This document shows, one piece after another, positions 57,126 to 64,000 of a stretch of 64,000 bases of DNA. The translations under genes were made by a program, and so were the position numbers. Origin of the DNA: an uncultured Acidobacteriota bacterium (GTDB lineage Bacteria; Acidobacteriota; Thermoanaerobaculia; Multivoradales; JAHEKO01); assembly GCA_963713825.1 (NCBI GenBank), contig CAVQNG010000025.1:160001-224000 (forward strand), written 5' to 3'. Within the stretch, counting starts at the first letter, position 1. Every line of letters begins with the position of its first letter. A model generated the notes under the pieces. That model was not told where the DNA came from. It was given only the letters and a program-made list of their open reading frames with translations, and did not search any database.

Positions 57126-57953
57126 ATGGCATCGACGATAGAAGTCGTTCTCGTCAAGCTGGGCGGCAGCCTGATCACCGACAAACGGCGACCGGAGACG
57201 GCGCGAGAGGATGTTATCGAGCGTCTGGCCGGGGAGCTCGCGGCTCTGCGGCAGGCTGGGGTGCGCCTCGTCCTGGGTCATGGTAGCGGCTCCTTCGGTC
57301 ATGTGGCGGCTGCGAAACACGGCATCCACGAGGGGGTGGCAACGCCCGATCAGCTTCTTGGCGTGACCGAGACTCAGGATCGGGCGGCAAACCTGAACCG
57401 ACGGGTCCTCGGCGCCCTGCTAAGGAGCTCGGTTCCGGCATTCTCATTGGCGCCGTCGAGTTTCCTTGTTTCGGCGGGAGGAAGACCGGACGAGCTATGG
57501 ATCGAGTCTCTGCTGGGCGCCCTGCAGGTGGGAATGCTCCCAGTGGTCTATGGAGACGTCGTCATGGACCGCCAGCTGGGAGCCTCGATCGCGTCGACCG
57601 AAGCCGTCTTCCTGGCCCTGGCCGAGGGACTCCAGGCCCGTGGCATGGTAGTTCGGCGCAGCATCTGGCTGGGCGAGACCGACGGCATCTACGACAGTCA
57701 GGGCGTGACGATCGGGGAGCTGCGACCCGACACCGTTGGGGACCTGCTGGACCAGATCCAGGGGGCCTCAGGAACCGACGTCACGGGAGGGATGAGACTT
57801 CGTCTGGAGACAGCGACTCGTCTCGCTGGGCTCGGAGTCGAGTCCTGGATAGCGAATGGCCTTCAGCCCGGGCTGCTGGCTGAGATCATGAGCGGCCATT
57901 GCGCCAAGGGAACGAGGGTGTTGGCGGCTCCGACTTCTCAGCCCCCAAGCTGA
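57126..57953 (+). CDS. ipk: Isopentenyl phosphate kinase
   Basis: VKLGGSLITDK, HGSGSFGH (IPK signature His), PVVYGD, DVTGGM. Confidence 0.92.
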   Translation: MASTIEVVLVKLGGSLITDKRRPETAREDVIERLAGELAALRQAGVRLVLGHGSGSFGHVAAAKHGIHEGVATPDQLLGVTETQDRAANLNRRVLGALLRSSVPAFSLAPSSFLVSAGGRPDELWIESLLGALQVGMLPVVYGDVVMDRQLGASIASTEAVFLALAEGLQARGMVVRRSIWLGETDGIYDSQGVTIGELRPDTVGDLLDQIQGASGTDVTGGMRLRLETATRLAGLGVESWIANGLQPGLLAEIMSGHCAKGTRVLAAPTSQPPS

Positions 57954-58034
57954 CATGCGCTCGAGAGAAATCGACGGCGAGGCAAAGGGCGAGGGCTGTT
58001 AGGATGAGCGGCCAAAGGAACGCAGAAGGCTGAA

Positions 58035-59030
58035 ATGAGCGGTGATCGAGACGAGGCTTCAGTTGTGACCGAGCGCAATCGGGCTGGCGATCAGAGGCAG
58101 GATGAGGGCGAGTTGTTGCAGGATCTCCTGGTCAAGACAAGTCGGACGTTTGCCCTGGCCATTCCACTTCTGCCGGATCCCACGCTGCGTGAAGTCACGA
58201 TTGCCTATCTGTTGTTTCGGATTGCGGACACTTTCGAGGACGCCAGCGTGCTGTGGGACAAACCGCAGCAGATCCGGGCACTGCAGGACTTTGGCGATCT
58301 TCTGCGCCAACCTTCTGTGGAGCGGGCTCGGGAGCTGTCGCGTCAGTGGCAGTCCAAGCCCTCGTCAGAACACGCGGGCTATTTAGAGCTATTGGACAGG
58401 ACGCCGGATGTCATCGCGGCCTTTCTCGAGCTCAGCCCGGGAGCCCAGAGGGCAGTGGCCCATCACACGATTCGGACGGCCGAGGGAATGGCCTCTGTGG
58501 TGGAGCGGACCGGTGCCGACGGTGTGTTGCGGCTGGATAGCATCCCCGAGCTGCAGAGTTATTGCTACATCGTTGCGGGCATCGTAGGAGAGATGCTCAC
58601 AGACCTGTTTCTTCTGGAGCGCCCCAACCTGATCCCCATCGCCGGCTACCTGCGACAGCGGTCGGTGGCTTTCGGTGAGGGTCTGCAGCTCGTCAACATC
58701 CTCAAGGACTCGGCCGACGACAGCGTCGAAGGCCGCAACTATCTGCCCTACGACATCGAGCGACGAGAAGTCTTCGATCTGGCCCGGCAAGACCTCGAAG
58801 CGGCTACGGAGTACACCTTGGCGATTCAACAGGCTGGGGGGCCGGACGGACTCGTTCTGTTCACCGGCCTGCCCGTAGCTCTGGCCTGGGCGACTCTCGA
58901 CAAGGTGGAGAAAGACGGACCGGGCGCGAAGATCGGCCGCGTCGAGGTCTTTGCCATTAACAGTCGCTTGAAGAAGGCCGTCGCCGCCGGCCGGCCGGCA
59001 ATCCAAACCCCGAACAAGAAGCCGGCCTGA
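58035..59030 (+). CDS. sqs: Squalene synthase (single-enzyme farnesyl-diphosphate farnesyltransferase type)
   Basis: KTSRTFALAI flap, YLLFRIADTFED, YCYIVAGIVGEMLT, FGEGLQLVNILKD, GRNYLP, AKIGR. Confidence 0.88.
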   Translation: MSGDRDEASVVTERNRAGDQRQDEGELLQDLLVKTSRTFALAIPLLPDPTLREVTIAYLLFRIADTFEDASVLWDKPQQIRALQDFGDLLRQPSVERARELSRQWQSKPSSEHAGYLELLDRTPDVIAAFLELSPGAQRAVAHHTIRTAEGMASVVERTGADGVLRLDSIPELQSYCYIVAGIVGEMLTDLFLLERPNLIPIAGYLRQRSVAFGEGLQLVNILKDSADDSVEGRNYLPYDIERREVFDLARQDLEAATEYTLAIQQAGGPDGLVLFTGLPVALAWATLDKVEKDGPGAKIGRVEVFAINSRLKKAVAAGRPAIQTPNKKPA

Positions 59031-60622
59031 TGGGTCGCTACCTTCGTCGTATCCTCTTTCTCCAGACTCTCCAGGTTCTGCTCGTAGCCGTGGCAGGTGC
59101 CCAGATCTGGGCTGGCCAGGCCGAAGTCCGGGGTCTTGTCACCGACCTGGACCAGGTGCCCATAGCGGCAGCCGAAGTCACGCTGTATCTCGCGGATCAG
59201 CCTGGTGTCGGTCCGACATCTGTCGAGACAGACGTCCAGGGTCGCTGGAGGATCGGGCGCATTGCCGAAGGGCGATGGGATCTCGTCATCAAGGCTCGAG
59301 ATTTCATGACTGTCGAAGGGTGGGTACAGTCGTCGATAGGACACTCCGAAGAAGTCGAGGTCTGGATGCGCCCCCTAGCCGAGGTCACGGCCGCCTTCGC
59401 CGAGAGCTCCTCGTCGGTTCTACGGTGGCTGGAAAAGGGCGACACCTTGCTGGAGCAAGGCCGGTATCCGGCGGCCAGAGAAGAGTATGAAAAGGCCCTT
59501 GGGGCCGTTCCGAGGACGTCGTGGGCCAAGATCCTGCAGTCCATGGCCAGGACCTACTACCTCGAGGGGGACCTCGAGGTGGCGATCAGGACGCTTCAGT
59601 GGGCGCTGGTGGTCGATCCTGTGGATCTGATTTCCACACAGCTCTATTCCAACCTGCTGGAGCAGTTGGGTCGAGGCCCGGAAGCTGCGGAGTTCCTGAG
59701 GGAGCTACGGGCCAAGAGTCCGGCCGAGCTGGAAGAGCTGGCCGACGAGTACGGCTCAGTCTTGCCGAAGTCGCCAGTAGCGGACCCTCCGTCGAACGAT
59801 CGCACCAAGGTCCCCATCGATGAGCCCGAGGCGGGCAGAACCGGCTCCTATCGTGTCCGGTTCGAGGAGGCGAGCCCCCACTCGTCGTTGGAGGTGCTCC
59901 TGCAGCGCTTGGATCTCGATCTGGCTGCAGTCGAGGCTATCGATCCAGACGCCGGCCGCTACGACCTGAAAGGTGAGAGCTTCAGGGTCTTCGTGCCGCC
60001 CGCGTACTCTCCAGATGCAGATTTCGGGCTCTTCGTATGGATCAGTCCGACTCCTTTTGGTGGCTTCGCTTCGCCGGAGATGCAGAGTGCGCTCGAGGCG
60101 AGTCGACTCATCTGGGTCGGGGCCGATCGGGTCGGCAACGGCCGAGCCCGCTGGTATCGATACCTCCTCGCCCTGGATGCGGCGCACAATATGCGGCAGC
60201 TCTATCGCATCGACGAGGATCGGATCTTCGTTGGCGGCTACTCGGGGGGAGGCAGGGTTACCAGTGGATTGGCCATGCTCTACCCGGAGGTCTTTCGGGG
60301 GGGGTTCTCGCTGTCCGGGTGCGACTATCCGGAGCTCCTGCCGGTCCCCGACAAGCCGGGAGCTCACTGGCCGCCTGGGTTTCCTGCGCCCCCGAAGCGA
60401 GCGCTACGCGAGGTGAAATCGTCGAGTCGATTCGTGTTGCTGACGGGCGAGCTCGATTTTAATCGCGCCCAGACCCGCAAGACCTATCTGAAGATGCTCG
60501 ACGAGGGCTTCGAGCACGTCGTCTATTTCCAGGTTCCAAATGCCAGCCACTACGACCACCCAGACGCAGAAACCCTGACCCAGGCCTTCCGCTTCCTCAC
60601 CGCCGATTCTGCAAGCCCATAG
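59030..60622 (+). CDS. Exported multidomain protein: carboxypeptidase-regulatory-like + TPR + alpha/beta-hydrolase
   Basis: Signal peptide; GLVTD..PIAAAEV, TDVQGRW; TPR helices; IDEDRIFVGGYSGGG nucleophile elbow, TGELDFN, ASH. Confidence 0.8.
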   Translation: MGRYLRRILFLQTLQVLLVAVAGAQIWAGQAEVRGLVTDLDQVPIAAAEVTLYLADQPGVGPTSVETDVQGRWRIGRIAEGRWDLVIKARDFMTVEGWVQSSIGHSEEVEVWMRPLAEVTAAFAESSSSVLRWLEKGDTLLEQGRYPAAREEYEKALGAVPRTSWAKILQSMARTYYLEGDLEVAIRTLQWALVVDPVDLISTQLYSNLLEQLGRGPEAAEFLRELRAKSPAELEELADEYGSVLPKSPVADPPSNDRTKVPIDEPEAGRTGSYRVRFEEASPHSSLEVLLQRLDLDLAAVEAIDPDAGRYDLKGESFRVFVPPAYSPDADFGLFVWISPTPFGGFASPEMQSALEASRLIWVGADRVGNGRARWYRYLLALDAAHNMRQLYRIDEDRIFVGGYSGGGRVTSGLAMLYPEVFRGGFSLSGCDYPELLPVPDKPGAHWPPGFPAPPKRALREVKSSSRFVLLTGELDFNRAQTRKTYLKMLDEGFEHVVYFQVPNASHYDHPDAETLTQAFRFLTADSASP

Positions 60623-60674
60623 GCCATTACTCCTCTTGTCATGGGGTAGGATCGGCCCAACGAAGGAGACTGCC

Positions 60675-61520
60675 ATGAAGAGGATCGCTCACGGATCCGG
60701 CTCGAGGGCCGGTGTCGGTTTCTGGCTTCTGGTGCTGGCGCTTGTCGGCCTTTCATCGGGTCTACAGGCAGAGGTCGTCTTTCTCGATCCCGAAGGAGAA
60801 CCGCTTCCGTTCGAGTCCTTCGAAGACGTCGAGAGCTTCCTGAAGACGGCCGACATCGTTTGGAAGGAAAAGCTGGCAGAGGGAACCAACAAGAGAAAGC
60901 GCAAGATCATGCTGGAGAAGGATGGTGTGCAGGCTCATGCCATCCTGCGCACGGGATATGAAGTCAAGGACTCCCCTGGTGGTGGGTTCGTGGACTCCTG
61001 CCACTCCGAGGTAGCGGCTTATCAGCTGAGTCGTCTGCTGGGTCTCGAGAGTGTTCCGCCAGCTGTCCGACGCAAGGGAGGGTCCATTCAGATCTGGGTC
61101 GAGAATGCGACGACGGATGCCTCCCGCCGAGAGAAGGGGGCCGAGCCGGAGGACCCGGTCGCTTTCGAGCAGCAGGTACAGGTGATGGGGGTCTTCGACA
61201 ATCTGATCGCCAACACGGATCGAAATCCCGGCAACATCCTGATCGATGGAGAGGGCAAGGTGTGGTTCATCGACCATACGCGCAGTTTTGCGGGTCAGGA
61301 GGTGCTCAAGTACCCCGAAAGGATCACCGGCTGCGACCGGCAAGTATGGGACCGTCTCCGGGGCCTCTCCGACTCGCAGCTCAGAGAGGCCATGCGACCC
61401 TATCTCCGCCAGTATCAGAACGCACTGCTGGTGCGCCGCCAGCTGGTAGTTCAGGCGATCCAAGGTCTAGTCGACAGCCAGGGCGAGAACGAAGTGCTGT
61501 TTGATTCGGCTTCTCGCTAA
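60675..61520 (+). CDS. Exported PI3/PI4-kinase-like atypical kinase
   Basis: AAGGAG RBS; signal peptide; SEVAAYQLSRLLG..VPP, GSIQIWV, FDNLIANTDRNPGNIL, WFIDHTRSF. Confidence 0.78.
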   Translation: MKRIAHGSGSRAGVGFWLLVLALVGLSSGLQAEVVFLDPEGEPLPFESFEDVESFLKTADIVWKEKLAEGTNKRKRKIMLEKDGVQAHAILRTGYEVKDSPGGGFVDSCHSEVAAYQLSRLLGLESVPPAVRRKGGSIQIWVENATTDASRREKGAEPEDPVAFEQQVQVMGVFDNLIANTDRNPGNILIDGEGKVWFIDHTRSFAGQEVLKYPERITGCDRQVWDRLRGLSDSQLREAMRPYLRQYQNALLVRRQLVVQAIQGLVDSQGENEVLFDSASR

Positions 61521-61569
61521 GAGGGGTTTCTGCGCACCAGATAGTCAGGTTTCGTCGTTCGAGATTCCA

Positions 61570-62358
61570 ATGAGCCGACGATTTGTCGACTATGACCGCA
61601 TTGCTGAGACCTACGATCAGCGCTACTCGCTGAATCGACTGGATGGGGTTGCGAAGGCCCTCGAGGAGAGGCTCGGTAAAACTGAGGCCGAGACGATCCT
61701 GGATGTGGGCTGCGGCACGGGCAGATGGCTGAGCGAGTTGGCGCCGAAATCGAGTCTCGCCGTTGGGCTCGACCGCTCATTGGAAATGCTGCTCAGGGTG
61801 CCCGTGGAAGACGGTCGGGCGGCGTTGGTTTGTGGGTCGGGTGAGTCGATCCCTCTTGCTGACTCGTCGATCGACTTCGTCACCTGTGTCAATGCGATCC
61901 ACCACCTGGCGGCCCCGTCCTCGTTCGTCTTGAATGCTGAGCGATTTCTCCGCCCCCAGGGTGCACTGGCAGTCGTGGGACTGGATCCTCATCCGGGCCG
62001 GGATCGCTGGTATCTGTACGACTATTTTCCTGAAGCTCGAGAGCTCGACCTTCGACGCTATCCCTCCGCCGAACAGCTGAAGGAGTGGATGAGGGCCTCT
62101 GGCCTCGAGAACATCGAGACCGTGGCAGTCGAGCGAATCCGGAGACGATTTGTCGGTGGGGAGATCCTCGAAGACTACTTTCTGCAGCGCAAAGCGAGCT
62201 CTCAGTTGGCGATCCTGTCGGATGAGGCCTGGGCGCAGGGCCTGCAGCGGATTCGTCGCGCCATTCAGAAAGGAGCGCAGGAGGGGGCGCCCACGATCTT
62301 CGAGGTGGACCTGGCCCTCGTGCTGGTTTGCGGCAGCAAGCCTGTGGCCACGAGTTAG
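61570..62358 (+). CDS. Class I SAM-dependent methyltransferase
   Basis: YDRIAETYD, ILDVGCGTG, GLDRSLEML, IPLADSSIDFV, LRPQG. Confidence 0.9.
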   Translation: MSRRFVDYDRIAETYDQRYSLNRLDGVAKALEERLGKTEAETILDVGCGTGRWLSELAPKSSLAVGLDRSLEMLLRVPVEDGRAALVCGSGESIPLADSSIDFVTCVNAIHHLAAPSSFVLNAERFLRPQGALAVVGLDPHPGRDRWYLYDYFPEARELDLRRYPSAEQLKEWMRASGLENIETVAVERIRRRFVGGEILEDYFLQRKASSQLAILSDEAWAQGLQRIRRAIQKGAQEGAPTIFEVDLALVLVCGSKPVATS

Positions 62359-62376
62359 GATGACGGGGAGCCGCCG

Positions 62377-64000
62377 ATGATCGGAAAGACCGTCACACAC
62401 TACGAGATTCTGTCCCAGCTGGGTGCTGGCGGCATGGGAGTGGTCTACAAGGCGAAGGACCTTCGCTTGGACCGTCTGGTAGCCCTCAAGTTCCTGCCGC
62501 CACAATTCGCCTCCACCGAGGAGCTCAAACGGCGCTTCGTCAATGAGGCCCGTGCCGCCTCGGCGTTGGATCACCCCAACATCTGCACCATCCATGAGAT
62601 CGACGAGAGCGAGGATGGCCAGCTCTTCATCGTCATGGCCCTGTACCAGGGTGAGAGCCTGCAGGAGAGGATCCGTCGGGGGCCACTTTCTCCTGCCGAG
62701 ACGCTGGATATCGGCATCCAGGTGACCGAGGGCCTATCGGCCGCTCACGAGAGAGGGATTCTGCATCGGGACATCAAACCCGGGAACATCTTCATTACCG
62801 ATCGCCAAACGGTGAAGGTCCTGGACTTCGGACTGGCGAAGGTGTCGGGAGCCACCAAGATCACCCGTTCGGGAACCTCGATGGGCACCTTGAGCTATAT
62901 GCCGCCTGAGCAGCTCCGCGGCGAAGACGCAGATCAACGATCGGACCTGTTCTCCCTCGGTGCGGTCCTTTACGAAATGTTGGTTGGTGAGCCCGCTTTC
63001 GGTGGAGACAACGAAGGCGCGGTGTTGAACCGTGTGTTGAATCAGGAGCCCGCACCACCCTCGAGTCGGCGGCCGGGCATCGCACCGGGTTTCGATCGAC
63101 TCGTCGGCAGGGCTCTCGCCAAGGATCCCGACCATCGCTATCCGACGGCCGTGGACCTGAGATCAGACCTCGAGGTGCTCCGGGTCGAGGCCGCGGATGC
63201 CGATGACCAACCTACCCTGCTCGAGATTCCGGAGGAGCCGACTCTGGTTGTCACGACTGACTTGTCCCCGGGTCTCAACACCATCGCCGTGCTCGAGTTC
63301 ACCAATGTCTCTGGAGACTCGGAGGTCGAGTGGCTGAGCGGCGGTATCGCCGAGTCGGTGACCGCAGACCTCAAGAAGGTCGGCTCGCTCAGGGTGGTGG
63401 ATCGAAGAAGGGTGATGCAGACGCTCGCCTCAGTGCCGAATGGAGTGGCGGGCGACGAGGACCTGGCTAGCGCGGGTAGATCCCTTGGATCTCGATGGCT
63501 CGTCAGCGGAAGCTTCCAGAAGATGGGAGACAGGCTACGAGTGACGGCCCAATGTCTGGATGTGGCAAGCCAGGCAGTGAAAGCGTCGATCAAGCTGGAC
63601 GGAACCATGCAGGAGATCTTCAGCCTCCAGGACCAGATCATCACCGCCATGATGGAGGCTCTCGGGGTTCGAATCAGTGAGTTCGAAGCCCTGGAGATCG
63701 AGCGTCCCGAAACCTTGGACCTGGAGGCGTACGAGTACTGCGCCAAAGCGCGACAGCTCATCCACAGGATGGGCAAGGAAGATCTGGAGCTGGCTCGTCA
63801 GTTCCTGGAAAAGGCGCTGGCGTTGGATCCCGACTACGCGATGGCACACTCCTCGCTCGGTCAGCTGCACTCCATGCATTTCATTGCCGCTACCCAGCAA
63901 TCAGACCTCGAGCGCAGCATGGAGGCACTCGAGCGCGCCGTGCAGCTCGATCCAGAGCTTGGAGACCCCCATCTCTGGTTGACATACGTCTACGCCCGCG
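62377..64000 (+). CDS. Hanks-type Ser/Thr protein kinase with TolB_N-like and TPR regions (runs off the window end)
   Basis: ATG 62377: MIGKTVTHYEILSQLGAGGMGVVYKA, VALKFL, LDHPNI, LHRDIKPGNI, LDFGLA, GTLSYMPPEQ; then IAVLEFTNVSGD and ALALDPDYA repeats. No stop in the window, so absent from the ORF track. Confidence 0.95.
   Translation, partial: MIGKTVTHYEILSQLGAGGMGVVYKAKDLRLDRLVALKFLPPQFASTEELKRRFVNEARAASALDHPNICTIHEIDESEDGQLFIVMALYQGESLQERIRRGPLSPAETLDIGIQVTEGLSAAHERGILHRDIKPGNIFITDRQTVKVLDFGLAKVSGATKITRSGTSMGTLSYMPPEQLRGEDADQRSDLFSLGAVLYEMLVGEPAFGGDNEGAVLNRVLNQEPAPPSSRRPGIAPGFDRLVGRALAKDPDHRYPTAVDLRSDLEVLRVEAADADDQPTLLEIPEEPTLVVTTDLSPGLNTIAVLEFTNVSGDSEVEWLSGGIAESVTADLKKVGSLRVVDRRRVMQTLASVPNGVAGDEDLASAGRSLGSRWLVSGSFQKMGDRLRVTAQCLDVASQAVKASIKLDGTMQEIFSLQDQIITAMMEALGVRISEFEALEIERPETLDLEAYEYCAKARQLIHRMGKEDLELARQFLEKALALDPDYAMAHSSLGQLHSMHFIAATQQSDLERSMEALERAVQLDPELGDPHLWLTYVYAR

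Noticed and set aside
57126-57953. Alternative call as uridylate or acetylglutamate kinase
   Set aside because: HGSGSFGH signature and position directly after mvaD support IPK
61777-63982. Several mid-size ORFs at the window end
   Set aside because: Shadows of the methyltransferase and of the Ser/Thr kinase that starts at 62377 and has no stop in the window
1-64000. CRISPR arrays, IS/transposases, integrases, prophage, tRNA/rRNA, defence systems
   Set aside because: No regularly spaced repeats or characteristic motifs seen by eye; composition looks uniform

Overview
GC-rich (roughly 60-65% by eye) bacterial chromosomal window with about 54 densely packed CDS. I saw no tRNA, rRNA, CRISPR array or mobile element. 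The gene repertoire (Ser/Thr kinase-TolB_N-like-TPR, carboxypeptidase-regulatory/TPR fusions, DUF4388-TonB fusion, class D sortase, tricorn protease, Skp) suggests a diderm, possibly Acidobacteriota/Thermoanaerobaculia; this is inference only. The standout is a ~14 kb co-oriented cluster (45059-59030) that joins hopanoid genes (shc, hpnH, hpnA, hpnG, one-step squalene synthase) to an archaeal/Chloroflexi-type alternative mevalonate pathway (class I HMG-CoA reductase, mevalonate kinase, probable phosphomevalonate decarboxylase, isopentenyl phosphate kinase, type 2 IDI, archaeal-type prenyl synthase). An unexplained exported alkaline-phosphatase-superfamily enzyme is translationally coupled to hpnG. 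Other notable items: a DUF4388/MshEN-like-TM-TonB_C fusion divergent from a tandem PilZ protein, a stand-alone ACP-FabB-FabZ-like-metallophosphoesterase module, a sortase in a diderm, an exported PI3/4K-like kinase, a NupC with a large hydrophobic insertion, a frameshifted small membrane ORF, and two structured intergenic regions. Start codons were re-chosen by eye from RBS and motif context. All family calls come from recognised motifs, not from database searches.
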